Shown: piece by piece, positions 30,206 through 39,630 of the stretch
Layout: every line of letters starts with the position of its first letter
Position numbering within the stretch: the stretch's first letter is position 1
NCBI GenBank assembly: GCA_030066265.1
Contig: JASJCF010000005.1
Coordinates: 414 to 64,413 of the forward strand
Length of the DNA stretch: 64,000 nt
From: Acidimicrobiia bacterium
GTDB taxonomy: Bacteria > Actinomycetota > Acidimicrobiia > Spongiisociales > UBA5794
Reading direction: 5' to 3'
Notes under the pieces: generated by a model
Told to the model about the DNA's origin: nothing
Database searches by the model: none
Seen by the model: the letters and a program-made list of their open reading frames with translations, nothing else
Position numbers and translations under genes: made by a program

Positions 30206-32364
30206 CCGCCAAGGACCAGGCCCCACCGCACATCCAGCTCGGCATGACCGATGAGGAGTACGAGCATGTGATCGAGATCCTCGGGCGCGAGCCGATGGCC
30301 GCGGAGCTCGCCATGTACTCCGTCATGTGGTCGGAGCACTGCTCCTACAAGTCCTCGCGAGCGCACCTCGGTGCTTTCTCGGCAGATCAACCTTGGGTGG
30401 TCGTTGGACCGGGTGAGAACGCCGGGGTCGTCGACCTCGGCGACGGCTGGCTCGCCGCCCTGCGCATCGAGAGCCACAACCACCCGAGCTACGTCGAGCC
30501 GTACCAAGGTGCAGCAACCGGAGTCGGCGGCATCCTGCGTGATGTCTTCACGATGGGAGCACGCCCGATCGCCGTATGGGATCCCTTGCGCTTCGGGCCG
30601 CTCGACGAGCCACGCAATCGCTACCTGCTCGAAGGCGTCGTGTCCGGCATCGCCGGATACGGCAACGCCGTCGGGGTTCCGACCCTCGGCGGTGAGATCG
30701 AGTTTGCAGACCGGTTCTCACAGAACCCGCTCGTGAACGTCATGGCACTGGGCATCCTCCAACGTGATCAACTCGTCCTTTCAGCCGCCTCGGAAGTCGG
30801 CAGCCTGGCGATCCTGCTCGGCAACGCAACGGGACGCGACGGGATCGGCGGCGCCTCGATCCTCGCGTCGGCGTCCTTCGAGGAGGGCGACGAGGAGAAG
30901 CGTCCGAACGTCCAGGTCGGCGATCCGTTCGAGGAGAAGAAGCTCATCGAGGCGTGCCTGGAGTTGTACGACCGCGGTCTCGTCGAGGCGATCCAGGATC
31001 TCGGCGCGGCAGGGATCTCGTGTGCGACGTCGGAGACGGCGGGCAACGGCGGACGCGGGATGGAGGTCGATCTCGACCGCGTGCACCTGCGGGAGCCGGA
31101 CATGACTGCGGGTGAGATCCTCATGTCCGAGTCGCAGGAGCGCATGCTCGCCATCGTGCGGCCGGAGGACGAGGCGGAGGTGCTCGCCCTCGCAAAGCGG
31201 TGGGAGATCGAGGCCTCGACGATCGGCACCGTCACCGAAGGGCCCCAGCTCGTGGTTCATCATCGCGACGAGCTCGTTGCAGACGTGCCCGCCGCCTCCC
31301 TTGCGGACGACGCACCGGTGTACCACCGTCCGTTCGAGCGACCCGGCGATTTGGACGAGATCTGGGCTCGGGAACCTGAGGTGCCACCCGATGTCGACGC
31401 GGCGGCAACCCTTCGCCTCCTTCTCGACGATCCGGCAATCGGAGATCGGTCCTGGATCTGGACGCAGTACGACCACATGCTGTTCCTCAACACCGTCGTC
31501 GGGCCCGGCCACGACGGCTCCTTGCTCCGGATCAAGGAGACCGACAAGGGCCTCGCAGTCTCGACCGACGGAGATGCCCTTCGCACATACCTCGATGCTC
31601 GGCGGGGTGCAGCCCGGATCGTCTTCGAGTCGGCGCTCAACGTCGCCGTCACCGGGGCAAGGCCGTATGCGCTCGTGGACAACCTCAACTTCGGCAATCC
31701 CGAGGTGCCAGAGGTGATGTGGCAGTTCGTGGAGGCCGTCGAGGGCATGGCATGGGCCTGCGGAGAACTCGATGTGCCGGTCGTGGGTGGGAATGTCTCG
31801 TTCTACAACCAGACCGACGGCGTCGACATCTATCCCGCGCCCGTGGTCGGCATGCTCGGGTTCTGCGAACCGATGCCGGAGCGACCGCCGAGGCTGGACC
31901 GTGCCGAACCAGGGATGTCGATCTATGTGCTCGGGCCAGAGACGGTCGGAGACTTCGCTGCGTCGGCATACGACCGCATCGTCAACGGTGAGCTACGCGG
32001 ACGCCCGGCGGACGTGGATGGTGATGCCGCGCGCCATGTCGTTGCCGCAGCCGCCACCCTCGCCCACACGACCCCCGTCCTCCATGACATCTCGTCGGGC
32101 GGTCTGGCCGTCGCCCTTGCCGAGATCGCCATTGCCTCCCGGTGCGGGCTGACGGTCGACACGATGCCGGGACCGGAGCTCTTCGACGAGACCCCGCTGC
32201 GCTTCGTGGCGGTCACCCACGACGACGAGCTCGACACGAATGAGCCCCACCGGCGCATCGGCACGATGGGCGGGGACGTCCTCGACTTCGGTGACGCCGG
32301 GCGGATCGATCTCGCCGAAGCAACCGAGCTCTTCCGCAACGCCCTCCCACGCCGACTCCACTGA
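30202..32364 (+). CDS. purL: FGAM synthase subunit PurL
   Basis: EPMAAELAMYSVMWSEHCSYKSS...ESHNHPSYVEPYQGAATGVGGILRD. ATGA overlap with purQ. Confidence 0.95.
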   Translation: MTAKDQAPPHIQLGMTDEEYEHVIEILGREPMAAELAMYSVMWSEHCSYKSSRAHLGAFSADQPWVVVGPGENAGVVDLGDGWLAALRIESHNHPSYVEPYQGAATGVGGILRDVFTMGARPIAVWDPLRFGPLDEPRNRYLLEGVVSGIAGYGNAVGVPTLGGEIEFADRFSQNPLVNVMALGILQRDQLVLSAASEVGSLAILLGNATGRDGIGGASILASASFEEGDEEKRPNVQVGDPFEEKKLIEACLELYDRGLVEAIQDLGAAGISCATSETAGNGGRGMEVDLDRVHLREPDMTAGEILMSESQERMLAIVRPEDEAEVLALAKRWEIEASTIGTVTEGPQLVVHHRDELVADVPAASLADDAPVYHRPFERPGDLDEIWAREPEVPPDVDAAATLRLLLDDPAIGDRSWIWTQYDHMLFLNTVVGPGHDGSLLRIKETDKGLAVSTDGDALRTYLDARRGAARIVFESALNVAVTGARPYALVDNLNFGNPEVPEVMWQFVEAVEGMAWACGELDVPVVGGNVSFYNQTDGVDIYPAPVVGMLGFCEPMPERPPRLDRAEPGMSIYVLGPETVGDFAASAYDRIVNGELRGRPADVDGDAARHVVAAAATLAHTTPVLHDISSGGLAVALAEIAIASRCGLTVDTMPGPELFDETPLRFVAVTHDDELDTNEPHRRIGTMGGDVLDFGDAGRIDLAEATELFRNALPRRLH

Positions 32365-32486
32365 GGGAACGGGCGCGCCACGCACACCGAAGCGATGGTG
32401 TCCCGGGCCTGCACGGGGAGCGTGCGTCGCGTAGGTTGGCGCAGAAGGCGCCACCCGACGTTCGGCGCCATCGAAGGTAGAGGCAC

Positions 32487-32792
32487 ATGTACAAGCTCAC
32501 GCGCTCAGCCATGGTCGCCCAGGGCAAGGGCCCCGAGGCGGTTGCGTTCGCCACACAGGTGGCGGCGCACGTGACGGAACACCACACACCGGTCCAGGTC
32601 GGCGTCGAGATGGCTGGTGACCAGGGTCGCATTCATTGGTTCTCCGAGTACGAAAACGCTGCCGAGTGGGAACGAACCGGAATGGCTCTCGTAGCCGACG
32701 CGGAGTACCAGAACATGCTCGTCGCCGCGGGCGAGCTGTTCATTGCGGGAATGACACGGGACACGCTGGTTCGCCTGTTCCCGTCGGACTGA
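32487..32792 (+). CDS. Hypothetical protein (101 aa)
   Basis: High third-position GC (by eye) and an SD gaaggtagagg. No family recognised. Confidence 0.55.
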   Translation: MYKLTRSAMVAQGKGPEAVAFATQVAAHVTEHHTPVQVGVEMAGDQGRIHWFSEYENAAEWERTGMALVADAEYQNMLVAAGELFIAGMTRDTLVRLFPSD

Positions 32793-32894
32793 CGGCGCTC
32801 GACGACACGCCCAACCGAGAATCGGAGCCCCGCGCCACCGCTGCGGGGCTCCGGTGCGTTCCCGCTAAGACGCACACGACGGCAGGATCGCACC

Positions 32895-34328
32895 ATGACC
32901 GAACGCACCGACGCCAGAGACATCGTCTTGCTTCGGGCCGTCGACCAAGCGGCCATGTTGCGACGTCGGGAGATCTCAGCGACCGAGCTGCTGGAAGCCC
33001 ACCTCGATCAGATCGAACGAACGAACCCGGAACTCAACGCCATCGTCACGCTGACACCCGAGCGGGCGTTCGAGCTGGCTGCGGCTGCGGACGACCGCCT
33101 GTCCGAGGGTGGTTCGATTCCGCTCCTGACGGGCCTCCCGGTGGCACACAAGGATCTGCACGAAACGGCTGGGATCCGGACCACCTTCGGGTCGCGCGTC
33201 TACCGAAACTACGTACCCACCCGTAACGCGCTCATCGTTCAACGGCAGCTCGACGCTGGCGCGGTCACCGTGGGGAAGACCAACGCACCCGAGCACGGCG
33301 CTGGGAATCAGACCTTCAACGAGGTGTTCGGGGTGACGAGGAACCCATGGGACCTGTCCCTCACCCCTGGAGGATCATCCGGAGGTGCTGCGGTGGCCGT
33401 CGCAGCAGGCATGGTGTCGCTCGCCGACGGATCCGATCACGGCGCGTCCTTGCGCAATCCCGCTTCCTTCACCAATACGGTGGGCTTTCGACCATCCCCG
33501 GGCAGAATTCCCACCTGGCCGAGCAAGGACGTGTGGTGGACCCAGTCGGTGCACGGGCCGATGGCGCGCACCGTCGAAGACATCGCCTTGTTCATGGCCG
33601 CCACGGCGGGACCCGACCCGCGGATTCCCGTATCGATCGACCAGCCGGCATCGAGCTTCGCCACTCCCCTGCAAGCCGACTGGTCCGGTGTCACGCTGGC
33701 GTGGTCGGACGACCTCGGCGGACTCCCGGTCGAACCGGAGGTGACGACTGCGCTGCAGCCGGCGCGTGCGGCGCTCGAGGACGTCGGATTCACGGTGATC
33801 GACGCAGAACCTGACTTCAAAGGAGCCGAGGAGGTGTTCCAGGTCTTCCGCGGCCTGAGCTTCGTCCGGGAGTTCGGTGACGCTGTCCGGAGCGACCCGG
33901 ATAGCTACAAGGAGACGATCCACTGGAACACCGAGTACGGACGGTCGCTGACAGCAGCTGACATCGGCAAGGCCGCAGAGGCGCGCACTCGCCTGTTCAA
34001 TCGAGTCGCACGATTCCTGGATGAGCATCGATTCCTCGCGCTCCCCGCCTCTGCGGTTCCGCCCTTCTCCGTGGAGACCGAGTACCCGAGGGAAATCGCC
34101 GGGGTGAAGCAGGAGAACTACACCTCCTGGTTCGCATGCTGCTACTACATCTCAGCGATCGGACTGCCTGCCATCTCGGTCCCGGCTGGCTTCACCGACG
34201 ATGGGCTGCCCGTCGGGCTCCAGATCGTGGGCCGCCATCGCGCAGACCTGGACGTGCTCCGAGCAGCCTTCGTATTCCAGCAAGCGACGATGCTGTGGCA
34301 ACGTCACCCCCCTTCCGTTCTTGCGTAG
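32895..34328 (+). CDS. Amidase-signature (AS) family amidase
   Basis: GKTNAPEHGAGNQT...GGSSGGAAVAVAAGM...GSDHGASLRNPASF. The final codons plus the TAG are supplied by palindromic element C. Confidence 0.9.
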   Translation: MTERTDARDIVLLRAVDQAAMLRRREISATELLEAHLDQIERTNPELNAIVTLTPERAFELAAAADDRLSEGGSIPLLTGLPVAHKDLHETAGIRTTFGSRVYRNYVPTRNALIVQRQLDAGAVTVGKTNAPEHGAGNQTFNEVFGVTRNPWDLSLTPGGSSGGAAVAVAAGMVSLADGSDHGASLRNPASFTNTVGFRPSPGRIPTWPSKDVWWTQSVHGPMARTVEDIALFMAATAGPDPRIPVSIDQPASSFATPLQADWSGVTLAWSDDLGGLPVEPEVTTALQPARAALEDVGFTVIDAEPDFKGAEEVFQVFRGLSFVREFGDAVRSDPDSYKETIHWNTEYGRSLTAADIGKAAEARTRLFNRVARFLDEHRFLALPASAVPPFSVETEYPREIAGVKQENYTSWFACCYYISAIGLPAISVPAGFTDDGLPVGLQIVGRHRADLDVLRAAFVFQQATMLWQRHPPSVLA

Positions 34329-34366
34329 ACGGTGGTCGCGCGGCCGGGCACGGCCTACGCAAGAAC
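34317..34366. repeat. Palindromic intergenic element, copy C
   Basis: GTTCTTGCGTAG-acggtggtcgcgcggccgggcacggc-CTACGCAAGAAC. The arms extend to 16 nt (ttccgttcttgcgtag / ctacgcaagaacggaa). Confidence 0.9.
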
Positions 34367-34400
34367 GGAACAGGACGGCGTTCGGCGTCGTTACCGTTCC

Positions 34401-35243
34401 ATGACCATGAGCGACTCGACCATCACCACGTGCTACCGGCACCCGGATCGCGAGACCCGGCTGTCGTGTACGTCGTGTGGCCGCCCGATCTGCGTCGAAT
34501 GCAGTCACGACGCCTCGGTCGGTCAGCGGTGTCCTGAGTGCTCCGTTCCGGAGGGACGCAACCAGGTGGTCGCTGCCCGCCGGAGCGTCGGCCGCCCGAC
34601 GTTCCAGACCGCCCCGGTGTCCTTCTCGATCCTGGGTATCACGATCGCGATCTTCGCAGCGGGTCTCCTGTCGGCAGACATGGACACCTTCTTGTTCCGC
34701 AATCTCGCCCAGGCGAACTTCCTCGTCGCCGACGGCGAGGTCTACCGCATCTTCACGGCAGCCCTCCTCCATGGCGGCATCATGCACGTCTTCTTCAACA
34801 TGTACGCGCTGTACCTGTTCGGGCCTCGGCTCGAACAGCAGGTCGGGTCGCCTGCGTTTGCGTCCCTCTATGTCGCCGCCGCCGCGGCGGGTGGCATGGT
34901 CTCGTACGTCTTCGGGCCGATCAACCAGGTCTCGATCGGGGCTTCGGGTGCGATCTTCGGGCTCTTCGGCGCATGGATGTTCGTCGCCTGGAAGATGCGG
35001 GGGACTCCCGGTGGCCGGGCCATGTTCAACCAGCTCGGCGTCCTCCTTGCGATCAACCTGGCGCTCCCCCTGTTCGTGGGCGGAATCGACTGGCGCGCCC
35101 ACCTCGGTGGCCTCGGGGCAGGCGTCCTGATCGCCTGGCTGTGGTCGGTGTATGCGGTCGGCCAGCCCAATGCGAGGACGATCCGGACCATCATCGGTGC
35201 AGCGGTCGCGTTCGGTGCGCTGGTGATCACGATCTTCGTCTAG
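34401..35243 (+). CDS. Rhomboid-family intramembrane serine protease with N-terminal zinc ribbon
   Basis: CYRHPDRETRLSCTSCGRPICVEC...CPEC, then RIFTAALLHGGIMHVFFNM, GASGAIFGL and AHLGGLGAG. ATG 34401 chosen. Confidence 0.85.
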   Translation: MTMSDSTITTCYRHPDRETRLSCTSCGRPICVECSHDASVGQRCPECSVPEGRNQVVAARRSVGRPTFQTAPVSFSILGITIAIFAAGLLSADMDTFLFRNLAQANFLVADGEVYRIFTAALLHGGIMHVFFNMYALYLFGPRLEQQVGSPAFASLYVAAAAAGGMVSYVFGPINQVSIGASGAIFGLFGAWMFVAWKMRGTPGGRAMFNQLGVLLAINLALPLFVGGIDWRAHLGGLGAGVLIAWLWSVYAVGQPNARTIRTIIGAAVAFGALVITIFV

Positions 35244-35311
35244 CCGCACCTCTGCCCCTGCAAACGAGGGGCCCCGTCAGAAACCCCTTGCGATTCCGCT
35301 GACATCGGATA

Positions 35312-35671
35312 ATGTACAACCAAATGGTTGTAGATACCCTCCCCGACGAAGAGATCGACCTGCTGTTTCACGCGCTTGCCGACACCACGCGGCGTGACAT
35401 CGTCAAGCGAGCCATGGCCGGCGAACACTCGGTGTCCGGCCTGGCGAGGGGGTATGCCATGAGCTTCGCAGCGGTGCAGAAACACATCGCCGTGCTCGAG
35501 CGTGCTGGGCTGGTGACGAAGACGCAAAGGGGCCGAGAGCGCCTGGTTCGCACGGATATCGCCGCCATTGATCAAGCGTCCCGACTCCTCGACCAGTTCG
35601 AGGAGCTGTGGCGGAGGAGAGTCGACAAGATGGGCGAGATCCTCGCCCTGGAAACCGGAGCAGACACATGA
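35312..35671 (+). CDS. ArsR/SmtB-family transcriptional regulator
   Basis: LFHALADTTRRDIVKRAMAGEHSVSGLARGYAMSFAAVQKHIAVLERAGLV. An alternative start is the ATG at 35324. Confidence 0.85.
   Translation: MYNQMVVDTLPDEEIDLLFHALADTTRRDIVKRAMAGEHSVSGLARGYAMSFAAVQKHIAVLERAGLVTKTQRGRERLVRTDIAAIDQASRLLDQFEELWRRRVDKMGEILALETGADT
35315..35332. promoter_or_regulatory. Inverted repeat (putative ArsR operator) overlapping the arsR start
   Basis: TACAACCA-aa-TGGTTGTA, a perfect 8-2-8 palindrome beginning 3 nt into the annotated ArsR ORF. Confidence 0.45.
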
Positions 35672-36159
35672 CCGTCACCGCCATCCACAAGGACCCGGAG
35701 AACCTCACGATGTCGTTCACCGCCGAGTTCGACGCCACGCCGGAACGGGTGTGGAAGCTCTGGGAAGACCCTCGCCTGTTCGAGAAGTGGTGGGGTCCGC
35801 CGGAGTACCCGGCGACGGTGGTGACCCACGAATTCATCCCAGGGGGCAACGTGCGGTACTACATGACCGGACCAGACGGCGAGCAGTACCACGGCTGGTC
35901 CCGATTCATCGCAATCGATGCGCCGTCGTCGCTCGAATTCGGGGACGGGTTCTTGGACGACGACGGCAACGAGGTCGAAGGCATGCCGACCATGACCAGC
36001 CGGGTGGACATCACAGCCACCGGAAGCGGCACCCGGATGGTGATCACGACCACATTCCCGACCCTCGACGCCATGAACCAGCTCATCGAGATGGGCGCAG
36101 AGGAAGGCATGAAGGGCTCGCTGGGGCAGGTGGACGACCTCCTGGCGACCATGGCGTAG
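35668..36159 (+). CDS. SRPBCC/AHSA1 (Aha1-like) domain protein
   Basis: FDATPERVWKLWEDPRLFEKWWGPPEYPATV... . ATGA overlap with the ArsR gene. Confidence 0.85.
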   Translation: MTVTAIHKDPENLTMSFTAEFDATPERVWKLWEDPRLFEKWWGPPEYPATVVTHEFIPGGNVRYYMTGPDGEQYHGWSRFIAIDAPSSLEFGDGFLDDDGNEVEGMPTMTSRVDITATGSGTRMVITTTFPTLDAMNQLIEMGAEEGMKGSLGQVDDLLATMA

Positions 36160-36326
36160 CCGATACCGGCTGCGCCGAAGTCGCAGGTCTCGTTCTGCGA
36201 TACGAGGTCGGCAAGACACGAGGCAAGGACGAGAGCCCAGGCCTCCACGCTGCCTCCACGCTGCCTCCCCGATGGCCGCCGCCAGGAGGCCGTGGACCGT
36301 GCACCGCCCCCGGTACACTCCCGGCC

Positions 36327-37751
36327 GTGAGTCAGCACCCCCTGAGCGATCCACCAGTCGACCGGCCCGGTGAGGCCTGCGGGGTGTTCGGTGTTCGAGG
36401 CAACGATGTCGATGCCGCCCGGCTCACCTACTTCGGCTTGTTCGCGCTCCAGCATCGCGGTCAGGAGAGCGCAGGCATCGCTGTGAGTGATGGCGACAAC
36501 ATCACGGTCTACAAGGACATGGGGCTCGTGGCGCAGGTCTTCGATGAGACCGTGCTCGCCGGGCTCGGCGGCGATCTCGCAATCGGCCACACGCGATACT
36601 CGACGACCGGCTCCAATCGATGGGAGAACAGCCAACCGGTCTTCCGACATCTCGGCAGCAACGGCATCGCCCTCGCACACAACGGCAATCTCACCAACAC
36701 GGCGACGCTCGCAGCCGAGGTCGGACCGGTTGCTGCGACGACCGACTCCGAGCTCATGACCGAGGCGATCGCCGATGCCATGCAGTCGGGCGAGCTATCG
36801 CTCGACGAGGCCCTCACCACCGTCCTCCCGCGGTTCGAGGGCGCCTTCACTCTTGCGGTGATGGATTCGACGACGCTTGTCGGTGTTCGGGACCCACACG
36901 GATTCCGGCCGCTGTGTCTCGGGAACCTCGGTGACACCTGGGTCATTGCGTCCGAGACGGCTGCACTCGACATTCTCGGCGCAGACCTCGTGCGCGAAAT
37001 CGAACCGGGCGAAATGGTGATCGTCGACGACCACGGTCCCCGCTTCGTGAATCCCTTCCCCAAATCGAAGAGCTCTCTGTGCATCTTCGAGTTCGTGTAC
37101 TTCGCGCGCCCGGACTCGACCCTGCTGGGCCGGAATGTCCATACCAAACGCCAGCTCATGGGGCGGCTCCTCGCAGAGCAAGCGCCCGTCGAGGCCGACG
37201 TGGTGGTGCCCGTCCCCGAGTCGGGGATCCCGGCCGCACAGGGCTTCGCCGAGGTGAGCGGCGTCCCCTACTCGGACGGCCTCGTCAAGAACCGCTACGT
37301 GGGCCGAACCTTCATCCAGCCTGCCCAGGAGATGCGCGATCGGGGTGTGCGCATGAAGCTCAACGCCATGCCGAGCGTCATCGACGGCAAACGCGTGGTG
37401 CTCGTCGACGACTCCATCGTCCGAGGCTCGACGACCAAGCAACTCGTCGCCATGGTGCGAGAGGCCGGCGCAACCGAGGTGCACCTGCGCATCTCCTCGC
37501 CGCCGTACCGATGGCCCTGCTTCTACGGGATGGACACGGGAGACCGCTCCACCCTCCTGGCAGCCGATCGCTCCGTCGATGAGATCGCTTCCCATCTCGA
37601 CGTCGACTCCGTGGTGTATCTCACGCTCGAGAACCTCACAAGGGCCACGAGGTCGGATCCCGATGCCTTCTGCACGGCCTGCCTCACCGGCGCGTATCCC
37701 ACGGAGGTACCGCTCGCCGACAGCAAGTTCCTCCTCGAGCAGCCGTCATGA
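36327..37751 (+). CDS. purF: Amidophosphoribosyltransferase
   Basis: ...GEACGVFGV...LQHRGQESAGI...GHTRYSTTG...VPESG...DDSIVRGST. GTG 36327 gives a short propeptide before the Cys nucleophile, so the start is uncertain. Confidence 0.9.
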   Translation: MSQHPLSDPPVDRPGEACGVFGVRGNDVDAARLTYFGLFALQHRGQESAGIAVSDGDNITVYKDMGLVAQVFDETVLAGLGGDLAIGHTRYSTTGSNRWENSQPVFRHLGSNGIALAHNGNLTNTATLAAEVGPVAATTDSELMTEAIADAMQSGELSLDEALTTVLPRFEGAFTLAVMDSTTLVGVRDPHGFRPLCLGNLGDTWVIASETAALDILGADLVREIEPGEMVIVDDHGPRFVNPFPKSKSSLCIFEFVYFARPDSTLLGRNVHTKRQLMGRLLAEQAPVEADVVVPVPESGIPAAQGFAEVSGVPYSDGLVKNRYVGRTFIQPAQEMRDRGVRMKLNAMPSVIDGKRVVLVDDSIVRGSTTKQLVAMVREAGATEVHLRISSPPYRWPCFYGMDTGDRSTLLAADRSVDEIASHLDVDSVVYLTLENLTRATRSDPDAFCTACLTGAYPTEVPLADSKFLLEQPS

Positions 37752-38764
37752 CGAGCTACGAGCAAGCGGGGGTCAATCTCGATGCGGCCGATGAGCTCGT
37801 CGATCGCATCTCATGGCGCGTGACGTCGACCTGGACCGAGGACGTGGTTGGCGGCTTCGGAGGCTTCGCGGCTGGCCTCCAGATCCCGGCCGGCTTCGAC
37901 ATGCCGGTCCTCATGATGTCCACGGACGGTGTGGGGACGAAGGCCGATCTGGCTCGTCAGGCCAGGTTGGTGGAAGGCCTCGGCTACGACCTCGTCGCAA
38001 TGGTGGCGGATGACCTCGCCGCCGCCGGAGCTCAGCCCATTGCGATGACGGACTACATCGCCATCGGGAAGCTCGATGTCGATCTGGTCGAGACACTCGT
38101 CGAATCGATCACGGATGCCGCATCCGAGGCCGACATCGCGCTTCTCGGCGGCGAGACCGCCGAACATCCCGGCGTGATGCCGGCCGATCAGTTCGACCTC
38201 TCCGCCACGGCTCTCGGCATCGTCGAGATGGGGGACGAGGTGAATCCGGAGGAGGTCTCCTCGGGAGATGTCATCGTGGGCGTGAAGAGCCCGAATCTGC
38301 GATCGAACGGCTTCTCCCTGGTGCGAGCGATCGTTGCCCAGCAACTCCCCCTCGACGAGGACTTCCCGGACACGACGACACCGACCGCCGAGGTGCTCCT
38401 CGAACCGAGCATCGTGTATGCGCCGGCGATCGTGAACATGCTCGCAAGGGTCCATCCTCATGGCCTGGCACACATCACCGGGGGCGGTCTCCCCGGGAAC
38501 GTGATCCGCGTCCTACCCGATGGCCTTCGGGCGATCATCGAACGGGATAGGTGGGAGATCCCCCACGTCTTCAACGTCCTTCAGGCAACCGGGGGCGTGC
38601 CGCTCGGCGACATGTTCCGCACGTTCAACATGGGCATCGGATTCGTTGCGGTGGTTGGTGAGGACGACGTCGATGCGGCCCTGAAGGCGTTCGAGACCAG
38701 CGATCTCGAAGCTGCCGTCATCGGCCACATCACCGAGGGCGACTGGGGCGTTGAGATTCGATAG
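37748..38764 (+). CDS. purM: AIR synthase
   Basis: SYEQAGVNLDAAD...MSTDGVGTK...GGETAEHPG. ATGA overlap with purF. Confidence 0.95.
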   Translation: MTSYEQAGVNLDAADELVDRISWRVTSTWTEDVVGGFGGFAAGLQIPAGFDMPVLMMSTDGVGTKADLARQARLVEGLGYDLVAMVADDLAAAGAQPIAMTDYIAIGKLDVDLVETLVESITDAASEADIALLGGETAEHPGVMPADQFDLSATALGIVEMGDEVNPEEVSSGDVIVGVKSPNLRSNGFSLVRAIVAQQLPLDEDFPDTTTPTAEVLLEPSIVYAPAIVNMLARVHPHGLAHITGGGLPGNVIRVLPDGLRAIIERDRWEIPHVFNVLQATGGVPLGDMFRTFNMGIGFVAVVGEDDVDAALKAFETSDLEAAVIGHITEGDWGVEIR

Positions 38765-38841
38765 TGAGCCCTGCGAACGGGCCCGCACGCAGGCGGGTTC
38801 GCACGGGGTACCCGTTCCATCCGGCGTACGCTGCCGTTGGC

Positions 38842-39630
38842 ATGGAAACGGCGCTGCTCATCCTCGGAATCCTGATCGCAGGCTTCATCTTCGGGTCGAT
38901 CGCACGGTTCCTCGTGCCCGGCCACCAGCCGTTCTCCCTCGCCGAGACGACGATCATCGGCATGGTCGGCGCCGCCATCGGAGCGATCGCCGTGAACGCC
39001 ATCTTCGGGACTCAAGACGTCGACCGCCTCGATCTCGGGAGCATCGTCGGAGGCATCGTCGGATCAGTGATCGTGCTCATCGTGGCCACCGTGGTGGTCG
39101 AGCGCTTCGGGTGGCGAGATCGCCAGGACAGCGTTGAGCCCAGCATCGCCGACGTGATCGAGGGGGGCGAATCGACGGACGTCGAGTTCAAGTCGACGTC
39201 GCGGTGGAATCTGCACACCGGGTCGAAGGACGACCGGATGGAGCTGGCCGTGACGAAGACGGTGGCTGGCTTCCTGAACTCCGACGGCGGAACGCTCATC
39301 GTCGGTGTCGACGACGACGGCCGTCCGGTCGGCCTCGAACACGATCTCTCGCTGATGAAGGCACCCGACCACGACCGGTACGAACTCTGGCTCACCGACC
39401 ATCTGCAGAAGACGCTCGGGAAGCCTGCGATGACGTTCGTGTCGATCCGCTTCGAGCCGTACCTCCAATCGACCGTGGTGGTCATCGCCGTGTCTCCATC
39501 GGACCGGCCGGTGTTCGTGAACGAGCCCAAGGGCAACCGGACTGCCGACTTCTACGTGCGTATGGGAAACTCGACGCGCAAACTCCTGACGGACGAGTTC
39601 GCCGACTACCAGGCATCGAGGTGGAGATGA
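38842..39630 (+). CDS. GlsB/YeaQ/YmgE-type membrane domain fused to an AlbA_2 (Schlafen-like) putative nucleic-acid-binding domain
   Basis: The N-terminal ~85 aa (LLILGILIAGFIFGSIARFLVPG...IIGMVGAAIGA...GSIVGGIVGSVIVLIV) resembles YeaQ. The C-terminus has GESTDVEFKST...VAGFLNSDGGTLIVGVDDDG (AlbA_2 signature). Confidence 0.75.
   Translation: METALLILGILIAGFIFGSIARFLVPGHQPFSLAETTIIGMVGAAIGAIAVNAIFGTQDVDRLDLGSIVGGIVGSVIVLIVATVVVERFGWRDRQDSVEPSIADVIEGGESTDVEFKSTSRWNLHTGSKDDRMELAVTKTVAGFLNSDGGTLIVGVDDDGRPVGLEHDLSLMKAPDHDRYELWLTDHLQKTLGKPAMTFVSIRFEPYLQSTVVVIAVSPSDRPVFVNEPKGNRTADFYVRMGNSTRKLLTDEFADYQASRWR

Noticed and set aside
36160-36326. Region upstream of purF with an 11-nt direct repeat (gcctccacgct x2.5 at 36241-36268). 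It was examined for a purine or ZTP riboswitch or a PurR box
   Set aside because: No conserved riboswitch elements were recognisable by eye, and the repeat is short. A regulatory role cannot be supported from sequence alone.
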